Shown: positions 27,777-38,099, numbered from the stretch's first letter. The stretch is DNA of 64,000 nt from Methanobacteriota archaeon (GCA_027064425.1 JAMOPO010000057.1:96001-160000), one strand, 5' to 3'. The notes: generated by a model from the sequence alone, not told the origin. Numbers and translations are program-made.

Positions 27777-30700
27777 GTGGCGCCCTTGGCGATAGAGCTC
27801 CGCGTTGAAAAAGCCTACCCCGAGGACGTCGGCAAGCGCGTGGTTCGAATCGACAAGCGCTCCCGCGAGCGGATCGGCGTGGAGCCGGGCGATCTGGTCC
27901 GGGTCACCGGGTCCAAGTCCACCGTCGTGCGCGTTCGACCCGCCAAGCGTGAGGACGTGGGTAAGGGCATCATCCGAATGGACAAGTACGAGCGCCAGAA
28001 CGCGGGCGCGACCGTGGGAGAGCCCGTCGAGGTCGAGCGCGCGGAGGAGCGCGTGGCCAAGCGCGTGGAGCTGATGCCCACGGAGAAGGTCGTCGTGCCC
28101 GTTCAGGCGGGTCTGAAGGAGGAGGTCGAGAAGGAGCTCACGAAGGAGCACGAGCGGGACGTGCTGAACAAGATCAAGGACTACATCCGCACCCAGGCCG
28201 AGCGCGAGCCCATTCCCGCCACCCCGCGCGACGTGATCCCGCTCGAGATTCAGGGCAAGACGATCGCCGGCCACGTCCTCGTCAAGCTCCCCGACAGCGT
28301 GCTCGTCGTGGGTGTCGAGCCCGAGGACGCCACGGTCATCGGGCCCAAGACCGAGGTTATCGTGAAGCCGTACTCCGAGGACCTGGCCAAGGCGGCCGAG
28401 ATCCCGGACGTTACGTACGACGACATCGGCGGCCTCGACCGCGAGATCGAGCAGATCCGCGAGTACGTCGAGCTCCCGCTCAAGCGCCCGGAGCTGCTCA
28501 AGGAGCTGGGCATCAAGCCCCCGAAGGGCGTGCTCCTGTACGGCCCGCCGGGCACGGGTAAGACCCTGCTGGCCAAGGCCGTCGCGAACGAGTGCGGGGC
28601 CAAGTTCTACACGATCAACGGCCCGGAGATCATGAGCAAGTACTACGGTGAGAGCGAGGCCCGCATCCGCGAGATCTTCGAGGAGGCGCGGAAGAACGCG
28701 CCCGCGATCATCTACATCGACGAGATCGACGCGATCGCGCCCAAGCGGGGCGAGACGGGAGAGGTCGAGCGCCGGGTCGTCGCGCAGCTCCTCACCCTGA
28801 TGGACGGCCTCTCCGAGGACGAGCGCGTCGTCGTCCTCGCCTCGACCAACCGACCGGACGACATCGATCCCGCCCTGCGCCGGCCCGGCCGCTTCGACCG
28901 GGAGATCGAGATCGGCGTCCCGGACAAGGAGGGGCGCAAGGAGATCCTTCAGATCCACACGCGGGACATGCCGCTCGCCGACGACGTGGACCTGGACAAG
29001 CTCGCCGAGCTCACGCACGGCTTCACGGGCGCCGACCTGGAGGCCCTGTGCAAGACCGCCGGCCTGAAGGCGCTGAGGCGGGCGATCCGCCGGCTGGGCG
29101 CTAAGCTCGCGGAGAAGGAGGAGAAGGAGGAGGCGGAGGAGGTCTCGGAGAAGGTCTCCGAGCTGTCCGACGAGGAGCTGATGGAGGTGCTGGAGAAGGG
29201 GCTGGACCGGGCCGAGATCCCGGAGGACAAGAAGCGGGCGCTGCGGCGCGTCCTCGAGGAGGCGGAGGAGGTCGAGGAGAAGGAGGAGATCGAGTACTCC
29301 GAGGCCCTGGACAAGGTGCTCGAGGCGGAGGAGGTCGAGATCAAGGAGGAGCTCAAGGTCACGATGGACGACTTCATGGAGGCGCTGAAGGAGATCGAGC
29401 CCTCGGCCCTGCGCGAGGTCATCGTCGAGGTGCCGGACGTGTCCTGGGACGACGTGGGCGGCCTCGAGGACGTCAAGCAGGAGCTGAAGGAGGCCGTGGA
29501 GTACCCGCTGAAGTACCCCGAGGTCTACGAGCGGCTCGGCACGCGCCCACCGCGCGGGATCCTGCTGTACGGCCCGCCGGGCACGGGTAAGACCCTCCTG
29601 GCCAAGGCCGTCGCGAACGAGTCCGACGCCAACTTCATCGCGGTTCGCGGTCCGGAAGTCCTCAGTAAGTGGGTGGGTGAGTCGATCCCTGGCGACGAGG
29701 TTGTTTGGGCGAAAGTTGACGGAGAGGCCAGGCTGGTGCCCATCGAGGAGCTCTACGAGCGGTGGAAGGAGGGCCAGGACATCAAGGTCGCCGCGTTGAC
29801 GGATGAAGGCATCGTCTGGTCACCGGTGGAACGGGTCGCCCGACACCGCCGCCGGACCGGTCTCGTGAAGATCGTCACACGCACAGGCCGGGAGGTCATC
29901 GTTACTGAGGATCACTCCGTATTCACGGTCCGAGACGGCAAGATCGTGGACGTACCGACCTCGGAGCTGTCCGAGGGAGACTGGATCGTCCTACCGGCGA
30001 GACTACCGGCAGGCGACTCAGACGAGATCGATGGCGTCAAGATCGACGAGGATCTAGCATTCCTGCTGGGACTGTACGTGGCTGAGGGCAGCCTGACGAA
30101 CCAGAGGAATGCCGTCAGGATCCACAACAAGGACCCGGAGGTGATCGAGGAGATCGACCGAATCGTGCGAGAGAAGGGGTGGGAGGGCAAGTACTACGAG
30201 AGCGACGGCAGCTACTGGATCAAGAGCTGGGAGTTCAGGCGACTGTGCGAGAAGCTGGGCACGAAAGCCAAGGAGAAGCGGCTCGGGCCGCTCCTGTCGC
30301 TGAAGCCCGAGCTGCTCGCCGCCGCACTGCGCGGATACTACACCGGCGACGGGTCATTCTCGGTGAAGTCGCACGGCCGGTCTGCGACCATCGAGGCGAG
30401 CACCGTGAGCAAGCGGCTGGCGGATGAGCTCCTAGTCGCGCTGCAGATCTTGGGCATCGTGGCTCGCAGGTACGAGTGCGATGACGGGAGGGGAGGCACG
30501 CGGTACCGCGTCATGATCACCAAGTCGGAGTACATCCGCAAGTTCGAGGAGAAGGTTGGGTTCCTGCAGTCTGAGAAAAACGAGCGTATCCGGAAGTTCC
30601 TGGAGGAGAGGAAGTGGACGAGGGGTCGCTCCGACGTCCCGACGGAGCTCGTAGGGAGCCCGTACGCCTACGTCGAGGTCGAGTACATCTCGGACCGGGT

Positions 30701-31529
30701 CGCCGCGAACGGTGGTCTCATGAAAGCGGAGCTCGAGCACCTGTACTTCGACAGAATCAAGGAGATCGTGCCGCTGGACCGCGACGACGAGTACGTCTAC
30801 GACGTCGTGGAGGTGAAGTTGGGCCACAACTTCGTCGGAGGCCAGGGCGTCCTGCTGCACAACTCGGAGAAGAAGATCCGCGAGATCTTCCAGAAGGCGC
30901 GGCAGACGGCCCCGTGCATCATCTTCTTCGACGAGATCGACGCGATCGCACCCAAGCGGGGCACGGAGGTGGGTGGGTCGCGGGTCACGGAGCGGATCGT
31001 GAACCAGCTCCTGACGGAGATGGACGGCATCGAGGCGACGGAGGACGTGTTCGTGATCGCGGCGACCAACCGGCCGGATATCCTGGACGAGGCCCTGCTG
31101 CGCCCGGGCCGGTTCGACCGCATCGTGTACGTGCCGCCGCCGGACGAGGAGGCGATGAAGGAGATCGTGAAGATTCACACGCGGGACATGCCGCTCGCCG
31201 ACGACGTCTCGATCGACGACATCGTGGAGATCCTGAAGCGCAGGGAGGAGGAGGAAGACGCCAAGTACTCCGGCGCAGACATCGAGGCGATCTGCATGGA
31301 GGCCGCGATGCTGGCCCTGCGGGAGGTCATCGACGAGCTGGAGCGGATCGAGGAGGAGGCCGAGTCGGAGAGGGAGCTGGAGGCGCGGAAGGAGGCGCTG
31401 CTGGAGGAGCTCAAGGTGGAGCGCCGGCACTTCGAGAAGGCGGCCGAGAAGGTGCCACCGTCGATCTCGCGGGAGCAGCTGGAGGAGTACGAGAAGCTGA
31501 AGGAGGAGTTCCAGCGGCTGGCGGGGTGA
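27777..31529 (+). CDS. cdc48: CDC48/VCP AAA ATPase containing an intein
   Basis: Double-psi N domain and two AAA modules (GPPGTGKT x2, [10 protein letters not shown] x2); D2 is interrupted between SKWVGE and SEKKIREIF. Confidence 0.97.
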   Translation: MAPLAIELRVEKAYPEDVGKRVVRIDKRSRERIGVEPGDLVRVTGSKSTVVRVRPAKREDVGKGIIRMDKYERQNAGATVGEPVEVERAEERVAKRVELMPTEKVVVPVQAGLKEEVEKELTKEHERDVLNKIKDYIRTQAEREPIPATPRDVIPLEIQGKTIAGHVLVKLPDSVLVVGVEPEDATVIGPKTEVIVKPYSEDLAKAAEIPDVTYDDIGGLDREIEQIREYVELPLKRPELLKELGIKPPKGVLLYGPPGTGKTLLAKAVANECGAKFYTINGPEIMSKYYGESEARIREIFEEARKNAPAIIYIDEIDAIAPKRGETGEVERRVVAQLLTLMDGLSEDERVVVLASTNRPDDIDPALRRPGRFDREIEIGVPDKEGRKEILQIHTRDMPLADDVDLDKLAELTHGFTGADLEALCKTAGLKALRRAIRRLGAKLAEKEEKEEAEEVSEKVSELSDEELMEVLEKGLDRAEIPEDKKRALRRVLEEAEEVEEKEEIEYSEALDKVLEAEEVEIKEELKVTMDDFMEALKEIEPSALREVIVEVPDVSWDDVGGLEDVKQELKEAVEYPLKYPEVYERLGTRPPRGILLYGPPGTGKTLLAKAVANESDANFIAVRGPEVLSKWVGESIPGDEVVWAKVDGEARLVPIEELYERWKEGQDIKVAALTDEGIVWSPVERVARHRRRTGLVKIVTRTGREVIVTEDHSVFTVRDGKIVDVPTSELSEGDWIVLPARLPAGDSDEIDGVKIDEDLAFLLGLYVAEGSLTNQRNAVRIHNKDPEVIEEIDRIVREKGWEGKYYESDGSYWIKSWEFRRLCEKLGTKAKEKRLGPLLSLKPELLAAALRGYYTGDGSFSVKSHGRSATIEASTVSKRLADELLVALQILGIVARRYECDDGRGGTRYRVMITKSEYIRKFEEKVGFLQSEKNERIRKFLEERKWTRGRSDVPTELVGSPYAYVEVEYISDRVAANGGLMKAELEHLYFDRIKEIVPLDRDDEYVYDVVEVKLGHNFVGGQGVLLHNSEKKIREIFQKARQTAPCIIFFDEIDAIAPKRGTEVGGSRVTERIVNQLLTEMDGIEATEDVFVIAATNRPDILDEALLRPGRFDRIVYVPPPDEEAMKEIVKIHTRDMPLADDVSIDDIVEILKRREEEEDAKYSGADIEAICMEAAMLALREVIDELERIEEEAESERELEARKEALLEELKVERRHFEKAAEKVPPSISREQLEEYEKLKEEFQRLAG
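29682..30863 (+). mobile_element. Intein (394 aa) with LAGLIDADG homing endonuclease
   Basis: Starts SIPGDE (Ser1); block B VTEDHS; LAGLIDADG motifs [10 protein letters not shown] and [10 protein letters not shown]; ends VYDV...HNF...LLHN followed by extein Ser. Confidence 0.95.
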
Positions 31530-31532
31530 ACC

Positions 31533-32003
31533 CTGCTCCTCCTAACCGATCACATGCTCCTACGCCTGTGCCGCTGGCTCCGCCTCCTCGGCTACCCCAC
31601 CCTCTCGGCGCACGAGATCGTCGACCCTAGGGAGGTGGAGGACGAGGACGAGGTCCTGCTAGAGTTCTGTCGGGAGCGGGACGCGCTGCTGATCACTCGA
31701 GACCGGGCCCTGGCGAGTCGAGCCCGGTCGCACTCCGTGCTGGTGCGGAGCGACGACGTGCCGGGGCAGCTCGCGGAGGTGCTCTCGAGGCTGGGTGACG
31801 AGCCCTACCTGGACCCGGACGAGTCCCGGTGCCCGGAGTGCAACGAGCCCGTGGAGCGCGTCAGGGCGGAGAACCCGGGCCCCTTCGAGGTCATGTGGCG
31901 GTGCCCTGAGTGCGGCAAAATGTACTGGGTGGGCGGGCAGTGGGAGGACATGGAGCGCGTTATTAGGGAGACCGAGCGGCGACTGAGGGGGTCCCCGGAG
32001 TGA
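31533..32003 (+). CDS. Mut7-C (PIN-like) RNase domain protein with Zn ribbon
   Basis: TDHML.RL.RWLRLLGY, LITRDR, RCPECN, CPECGKMYW.G; probable CTG start at 31533. Confidence 0.88.
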   Translation: MLLLTDHMLLRLCRWLRLLGYPTLSAHEIVDPREVEDEDEVLLEFCRERDALLITRDRALASRARSHSVLVRSDDVPGQLAEVLSRLGDEPYLDPDESRCPECNEPVERVRAENPGPFEVMWRCPECGKMYWVGGQWEDMERVIRETERRLRGSPE

Positions 32004-32617
32004 CCAAGCTGTCGCTGGAGGAGGGGGAGTTCCTGGTCCGGCTGGCCCGGGACGCGATCGTCGAGTACCTGAAGTCCCGGGAGAAGATCGAACGGGAGCC
32101 GCCGTCGGACCGGCTGAAGGAGGAGCGTGGCGTCTTCGTCACGCTGAAAAAGCACCCGAGCGACGAGCTGCGCGGCTGCATCGGGTTCCCGGAGCCCGTG
32201 GAGCCGCTCGTTAAGGCGACGGTGGAGGCCGCGATCAGCGCGGCGACGAACGACCCGCGGTTCCCACCGATGCGGGATCCGGAGGAGATGAAGGAAGTGC
32301 GGGTGGAGGTCAGCGTGCTCACGCCGCCCAAGCGGTTGGAGGTGGATGATCCGAAGGAGTACCTGGAGCGCATCGAGATCGGTCGACACGGTATCATCGT
32401 ACGGCGGGGGGCGAACTCCGGGCTGCTGCTGCCTCAGGTGCCGGTGGAGGAGGGCTGGGACGAGATGGAGTTCCTCTCGCACGCCTGCCTGAAGGCCGGG
32501 CTCCCGCCGGACGCGTGGTGCTCTTCGGACTGCGAGGTCTACGTGTTCGAGGCGCAGGTGTTCGAGGAGGAGGAGCCCGAGGGGGAGGTTCGGGAGAAGG
32601 AGTTAACGGAGGAGTAA
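32000..32617 (+). CDS. AMMECR1-domain protein
   Basis: RGVFVTL, LRGCIG, DPRFPP, EVSVLT, GLLLPQV, CLKAG. Confidence 0.93.
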   Translation: MTKLSLEEGEFLVRLARDAIVEYLKSREKIEREPPSDRLKEERGVFVTLKKHPSDELRGCIGFPEPVEPLVKATVEAAISAATNDPRFPPMRDPEEMKEVRVEVSVLTPPKRLEVDDPKEYLERIEIGRHGIIVRRGANSGLLLPQVPVEEGWDEMEFLSHACLKAGLPPDAWCSSDCEVYVFEAQVFEEEEPEGEVREKELTEE

Positions 32618-33220
32618 GCCCTCGCGCAGGCGGAAGGCTTCGAAGGCTTCCGCGTGCTTCACGCCGATCTTCGCGCCCCAGTACCCGGCGGTCCGCAGCA
32701 CGTGGTCCTCGCTGATTGCGCCGCGGCGGATCTGGGACTCGTGCGCCCGGACGGCCTCCAGCTTCTCCTCGATCACGTCGGAGATGTCCACGTACAGGAC
32801 GGGGTTGAACTCGGTGGTGGAGGGCCCCTCGCCCATCAGGACGCTGATCTCCGGGAACTTGCTCACCGCGGCCGTGACCAACCGGTAGGTGCGTCGGTGG
32901 TCCTGGTGGGTGTCCCGGGGCGAGTGGGTGAAGACCAGCTCGGGCCTGTACTCCCGCAGGTACTCGCGCAGGACGTCGATGCTCTCCGGGTCTACGGTGA
33001 TTCTGCCGTCCTCGTGGTCCAGGAACACGACCTCCTCCACGCCCAGTATCTCGGCCCCGCGGCGGGCCTCCTTCTCCCGGACCTCGGCCCGACCCCCGTT
33101 ATCCCCCCGGCTGAGTATGATCTCGAGGATCTCGTGACCCTGGAGGGCGAGCTTGCGGATCGTACCGCCGCAGTGAACCTCCATGTCATCGGGGTGCGCG
33201 AAGACCGCGAGGACTCTCAA
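32603..33220 (-). CDS. PIG-L/LmbE-family deacetylase
   Basis: AHPDD, R.KEAR, DTHQDH, K..AV.AHESQ, AEAF; TTG start overlaps the GT2 stop. Confidence 0.9.
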   Translation of the reverse strand: MRVLAVFAHPDDMEVHCGGTIRKLALQGHEILEIILSRGDNGGRAEVREKEARRGAEILGVEEVVFLDHEDGRITVDPESIDVLREYLREYRPELVFTHSPRDTHQDHRRTYRLVTAAVSKFPEISVLMGEGPSTTEFNPVLYVDISDVIEEKLEAVRAHESQIRRGAISEDHVLRTAGYWGAKIGVKHAEAFEAFRLREGLLLR

Positions 33221-34236
33221 CCGGCGTCCCCCTCCGACGCGCGGGCGGTTCGGTACCAAACGTTGCCGCGCAGCGCCAGCCAGAGGAGACCGCACACGGC
33301 CGCCACCTCCAGGAAAAAGGTCCAGAGGAACTGGAGCGGGATCGCGAGCAGGGCCCAGGCCGGGCCGCGCCTCTCGAGGCAGTACCTGGCGGCCGTCAGC
33401 GCGTAGATGAGTCGGCCGGTCACGGAGACGAGGATCACCTTGGGGTGGACGAGGGGCAGCACGTACGTCGTGAGCATGGAGGCGAGAAGGGAGCTGAGGA
33501 CGAAGGTGGAGAACGCTATCCCGGGGACGTTCCCAACGGACAGGGCCCGGGCAGTCGCTTGATACATTCCCGCCCACCACCTAGCCTGCTGGAGCAGGTT
33601 TTGCCGGAGACCGGCGGGATCGTCCATCCAGACCTCCAGCCCGGGCCGGTACAGGAATCCGGCCTCACCCCACTCGTGGGTGAGTCCGAGGGTGACGTCC
33701 TCGGCCAGGTTCTCCGGCAGCCCGTTCTCCCGCAGGAACTCGGTCCGGAACAGGGCGCCCGTGGTGTAGGCGGGGGCGGACCCGACCACGCGGCCCCAGA
33801 ACTTGATCCCGCCGCCGATCACGTCGAACTGGAGGGCGACCATCAACCCGACCAGGCTCTCGCCACGGTAGCGGATCTTCCCGAACGCGAGGTTCCCACC
33901 GCTTCGGGAGAGGGCGGACAGCAGCCTCCGCACGTAGTCGCGCGAGCCGAGCTCGTCGCCCGCGTCCAGCAGGAGGATCCACTCGGTCGGCACCTCGGCC
34001 TCGCGCAGGGCGGCGTTGACCGTTTCCCCCTTGACGTGACCGCCCGCGAGGACGACCTCCACCCGCTCGTCGTCCGAGAACCGGTCTCGGAACCGCTCGA
34101 AGTCGCGGCGGGACCCGGCCGCGATGATGACCTTCTTGACCCTCACCCCTCGCTGCCGGAGGACGGACCTCAGCGGGCGCTCCACGGCCTCGACCGGCTC
34201 GAACTTGGCGGGGATCAGCAGCGTGATCTCGGCCAA
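33217..34236 (-). CDS. Processive-type GT2 glycosyltransferase with C-terminal TM helices
   Basis: KGETVN, LLDAGD, LAED, QQARW motifs; 3-4 hydrophobic segments. Confidence 0.85.
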   Translation of the reverse strand: MAEITLLIPAKFEPVEAVERPLRSVLRQRGVRVKKVIIAAGSRRDFERFRDRFSDDERVEVVLAGGHVKGETVNAALREAEVPTEWILLLDAGDELGSRDYVRRLLSALSRSGGNLAFGKIRYRGESLVGLMVALQFDVIGGGIKFWGRVVGSAPAYTTGALFRTEFLRENGLPENLAEDVTLGLTHEWGEAGFLYRPGLEVWMDDPAGLRQNLLQQARWWAGMYQATARALSVGNVPGIAFSTFVLSSLLASMLTTYVLPLVHPKVILVSVTGRLIYALTAARYCLERRGPAWALLAIPLQFLWTFFLEVAAVCGLLWLALRGNVWYRTARASEGDAG

Positions 34237-34254
34237 GCGGGCCTCCTGCCCCGG

Positions 34255-35349
34255 CTAGTACTCCCGGCACATGTCCAGGAACTCGTCGAACAGCCACCGC
34301 GTGTCCCAGGGACCCGGGTTAGCCTCCGGGTGGAACTGGACCGAGAACGCGGGCGCGTCCGTGTGCACGACGCCCTCCACGGTCCCGTCGTTCACGTTCA
34401 CCCACCGTACCTCCAGCGGCGTGTCCTCCAGGCTCTCGGGGTCCAGCGCGAACCCGTGGTTCTGCGCGGTGATGTACACCCGGCCGTCCCTCAGGTCCTT
34501 CACCGGCTGGTTGGCGCCCCGGTGCCCGAACTTCATCTTGAACGTACGACCGCCCTCAGCCAGTCCGAGGATCTGGTTCCCGAGGCAGATCCCCATCAGG
34601 GGGACCTCGCCGACCAGCTCGCGGACCGTCTCGATCGTCTCCCTCACACGCTTCGGGTCTCCGGGCCCGTTGGACACGAGCACCCCGTCCGGGTCTAGGT
34701 CCAGGATCTCCTCCGCCGGCGTGTCGTACGGGACCACGAGCACGCCGGCGCCACGCTTGGCCAGCTCCCGCAGGATGCCCCGCTTCACCCCGCAGTCGAT
34801 GACCACCACCTCGGGCTCTCCCTCGGAGAACCGGTAGGGCTCCTCCGTGGAGACCTTGGGCACCAGGTCGAGCTCGGAGATGTGAGGCACCTGGCGCACC
34901 TTCTCCATCAGCTCCTCCCGGCTGGGCGGATCGTCCGGTTCGTAGGGAACGAGCACGCCGCGCATGGCGCCCTCCGTCCGGATCCGGCGCGTGAGCATCC
35001 GGGTGTCGACGCCGGCCAGCCCGGGGACGCCGTTCTCCTCCAGGAACTCGTCGAGCGTTTTCTCAGCCTTCGGGTGGATGGGCCCGTCGTGGAGGTACCG
35101 GACCACGAACCCCTCGACCTGCACCCGGTCGGACTCGCCTACCTCGGAGATGACCCCGTAGTTTCCCTGCATGGGCGCGGTCATGATGAGTATTTGACCC
35201 TTATATGAGGGGTCCGTGAGCGCCTCCTGGAACCCCGTGTGCGAAGTGTTGAAGACCACCTCTCCCTCGACCTCCCGGGGGCAGCCGAAGAGCTCCCCGT
35301 GCACCACCGTCCCGTCCTCGAGCGCCAGGGCCGCCCGCAAGTCAGCCAC
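34255..35349 (-). CDS. carA: Carbamoyl-phosphate synthase small subunit
   Basis: LALEDG, GEVVFNT, TDPSYKGQ, SNGPGDP, GICLG, FGHRGAN, QFHPE. Confidence 0.96.
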   Translation of the reverse strand: MADLRAALALEDGTVVHGELFGCPREVEGEVVFNTSHTGFQEALTDPSYKGQILIMTAPMQGNYGVISEVGESDRVQVEGFVVRYLHDGPIHPKAEKTLDEFLEENGVPGLAGVDTRMLTRRIRTEGAMRGVLVPYEPDDPPSREELMEKVRQVPHISELDLVPKVSTEEPYRFSEGEPEVVVIDCGVKRGILRELAKRGAGVLVVPYDTPAEEILDLDPDGVLVSNGPGDPKRVRETIETVRELVGEVPLMGICLGNQILGLAEGGRTFKMKFGHRGANQPVKDLRDGRVYITAQNHGFALDPESLEDTPLEVRWVNVNDGTVEGVVHTDAPAFSVQFHPEANPGPWDTRWLFDEFLDMCREY

Positions 35350-35399
35350 CCCAGTCCCGCCGGATCGCCGGAGTAAAAGTCTCCTCGGGGTGCCCCACG

Positions 35400-36767
35400 T
35401 TGCTGGAGGGACTGAGGGCGACGCTGAGGAGGGTCTCGGACGCGCGGTTGGAGTCCCTGCTGGGCAAGGACGAGCTGGACTTCCAGGTGTTCGTGAAGGG
35501 CGCCATCGGCGCACTGCGCGACGGGATCCGGCGGCTTGCGGGCCTGAACCCGGAGGCGGCGGCCGGATACGCCGCCGCGAGGCGCGGGTACCGGACGGAG
35601 ACGCTGAGGGAGCTCACCCGGGCCGTGGAAGGCAGGGCGGAGCACCTGGCGGTTCGCGCCCTGCAGCTGTACAAGGCGGCCTGCTGGGACGTTCTCGAGG
35701 ATTCGGAGGAGATCATGGGGGTGGGCGTCGCCGTCGACCTCCGAGAGGGTCGGGTGGTCGTCCGCAAGAGCCCCAAGGAGCGGGAGTACGAGCCGATCTC
35801 GAAGGCTTACGACCTGCCGGACGACCCGCACGAGCTGGTGACGGAGCTCGTCGACCGGTACGACCTTGATTTTATCTACGTGGCGGACCTGGACGCGATT
35901 CTGGACGGGGAGCCCGGTTCGGACCTGGAGTTCCTGGAGTCCGTCGAGGTACCCGCGTTCGTCGACACGGGGCGCTGCGACGTGGAGCTACCCTCCAACG
36001 CCCGGCGCATCCTGCCTACGGAGTGCTACGACGATGCCGAGGACTACCTCGAGGATCTGGAAACGCTTGAGGACGCCGTCGCGGGCCTGGACCTCGACGG
36101 GTCCAAGGTGATGGGCCCGTGGGAGCGGGTGGGGGAGTTCCTGGACGACGTCGTGGAGCTCGTTTGCAGCCGGCGGCCGGGAGCCGTGGTGGTGGACGTC
36201 GGGGCCGTCGGATCGGGCGAGGGGCCGCCGTTCGAGGCCGGCGCGTCCGTGGGCATGTACTGCGACGCGATCATAGGTGGAGGCGTCGGGTGCCTGAAGC
36301 ACCTGGAGCTGGCGCTCGGGACCCCGGGCGTGGTGGGAGTTATCGTCGGCACGCTCCTGTTCGAGGGGGTGAATCCCATGAAGCTGGAGGAGGCCAAGAA
36401 GCGTGGGAGGGAGCTTCGGGTGCACCACATGGGGCTGGAGGAGGAGTACCTGGAGCTCATCAAGGAGGGCAAGAAGACGGTGGAGGGGCGGGTGAAGGAC
36501 GACAAGCGCGTGAGGATCAAGCCCGGTGATAAGATCCTGTTCAACCGGCGGCTCCTGGTCGAGGTCGTGGACGTGCGGGAGTACGACTCGTTCGAGGAGA
36601 TGCTCCGGGAGGAGGGTCTCGAGAACGTCCTCCCGAACGTGGACTCCATCGAGGAGGGCGTGGAGGTGTACCGGAAGTTCTACTCCAGCGGTAAGGAGAA
36701 GATGTTCGGGGTCCTCGCCATCGAGATCCGGCCGCTGATGGACCTGTTCGAGGACATCTGCGACTGA
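35400..36767 (+). CDS. HisA/HisF-related TIM-barrel protein fused to a C-terminal ASCH domain, with unknown N-terminal segment
   Basis: AVDLREGRVV...Y.PIS, YVADLDAI, VGSGEG, GGGV; ASCH IKEGKKTVEGR...IKPGDKILF...YDSFEEML; alternative ATG at 35715. Confidence 0.8.
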   Translation: MLEGLRATLRRVSDARLESLLGKDELDFQVFVKGAIGALRDGIRRLAGLNPEAAAGYAAARRGYRTETLRELTRAVEGRAEHLAVRALQLYKAACWDVLEDSEEIMGVGVAVDLREGRVVVRKSPKEREYEPISKAYDLPDDPHELVTELVDRYDLDFIYVADLDAILDGEPGSDLEFLESVEVPAFVDTGRCDVELPSNARRILPTECYDDAEDYLEDLETLEDAVAGLDLDGSKVMGPWERVGEFLDDVVELVCSRRPGAVVVDVGAVGSGEGPPFEAGASVGMYCDAIIGGGVGCLKHLELALGTPGVVGVIVGTLLFEGVNPMKLEEAKKRGRELRVHHMGLEEEYLELIKEGKKTVEGRVKDDKRVRIKPGDKILFNRRLLVEVVDVREYDSFEEMLREEGLENVLPNVDSIEEGVEVYRKFYSSGKEKMFGVLAIEIRPLMDLFEDICD

Positions 36768-37568
36768 TCACTCCAGGATGGGACCCTCCGGGCTCGGGAT
36801 GAACCCGATGCGCTCCAGGAACTTGTCGTCGTACACCAGCTCAATCTCGGTGCCGCCCAGGTAGGGACCCACCCGGTGCAGGACGCCGGGGGCGTCGGTA
36901 TCCTCGTCGAGCACCACCTCGTTCTCCAGGAGCCCCCACCGCTCGATCCGGATGACGCGGCGACCGAAACCGGCCTTGTTCAGCGCTCGCTGGAGTCGTT
37001 TCCGAGTGATTCCGGAGACGATCATCCGGTCGTACGGGTCGGCGGCCATCTCGAGCAGGTACTCTACTTGCTCGTCCGTCAGCTTGGCCTCGATCTCCCC
37101 CTTCTCCTCGTCCACCTCCACGATCTCTACCTCGAGTGGTAAGTTCTCGACGAAGCCGAAACTGCGGCCGATATCCCGAACCGAGGCCTTCTCACCGTCG
37201 AGCAGCTGCTCCCTCAGTCGGTACAGCGGGATCAGCGCGTCGACCACCTTAGGACCCACCACCCCGATGTCCACGTAGACGCCGTACCCGACCTTGTAGA
37301 GGTCGATGATCTTTCCATAAATCACGTCGCCGGGCACCAGGTCGAACAGCGACCTGACGGTGTCGAACTCCTCGATCAACCGCTCCGCCGCCTCCTCCGC
37401 GTCGGGTCCGCGGAGCTTCAGGGTCGCCCACGAGCGGAAGTTCTTCTTCACCTCCTCGATCCTCACCTCGAGGTCGCTCAGTAGCTGCCTGACCTGAGTC
37501 AGCAGCGACTCCTCGGCCCCGCCGTCCCGGTACAGCTTTTCCAGTATCGTAACGTGGACCACCGGCAC
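36768..37568 (-). CDS. DUF2110-like protein (contains S1/OB-like segment)
   Basis: GKIIDLYKVGYGVYVDIG..DALIPLY.L; ERWGLLE; TDAPG. Confidence 0.7.
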   Translation of the reverse strand: MPVVHVTILEKLYRDGGAEESLLTQVRQLLSDLEVRIEEVKKNFRSWATLKLRGPDAEEAAERLIEEFDTVRSLFDLVPGDVIYGKIIDLYKVGYGVYVDIGVVGPKVVDALIPLYRLREQLLDGEKASVRDIGRSFGFVENLPLEVEIVEVDEEKGEIEAKLTDEQVEYLLEMAADPYDRMIVSGITRKRLQRALNKAGFGRRVIRIERWGLLENEVVLDEDTDAPGVLHRVGPYLGGTEIELVYDDKFLERIGFIPSPEGPILE

Positions 37569-37574
37569 GGCCGC

Positions 37575-38099
37575 TCACCACCGGTCAAGCTCTGGCGGTA
37601 TAGCGTTCAGCTCGGACAGCTCGCGGTGCAGCTCGACGAGCCTGCGAACGGGCGGGGCGTCCTCTCCCAGCTTCTCGGAGAACTTGCGGACGACGGCTTT
37701 GATCGGAACGTGCTCGGTCCCGAACGTCAGGTTGTCCGCGTGCGCTACGATCTTCTCCTCTAAGGTCTCCGGCACGTAATCCTTCGGCGGCAGCCCCAGC
37801 TCCTCGGCCTCCTCTTTCGGTATCCCGGCCCCGATGTGACGCTCCACGATGCGGGCGACCCGCTCCGGGTACCCCAGCTCCCGGACGATCTGGGCCCCGA
37901 CGACCGCGTGATCGATCCCGTGCGTCTTCGACCGGCCGATGTCGTGCAGCAGCGCTCCCACGCGAACTAGCTCGACGTCGACGTCCTCCCGACAGCGCTC
38001 GGCCATCTCGACGGCGAGCTCGCAGACGGCCTTGCAGTGGTTGATCACGCGCCTGGGACAGCCGACGCGCTTCAGGTCTTCAATCGGATCCCTGTCCAC
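37575..38099 (-). CDS. HD-domain phosphohydrolase (HDIG type)
   Basis: H..V, ALLHDIG, HAVVG, ERHIGAGI, EEKIVAHAD. Confidence 0.9.
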   Translation of the reverse strand: MDRDPIEDLKRVGCPRRVINHCKAVCELAVEMAERCREDVDVELVRVGALLHDIGRSKTHGIDHAVVGAQIVRELGYPERVARIVERHIGAGIPKEEAEELGLPPKDYVPETLEEKIVAHADNLTFGTEHVPIKAVVRKFSEKLGEDAPPVRRLVELHRELSELNAIPPELDRW

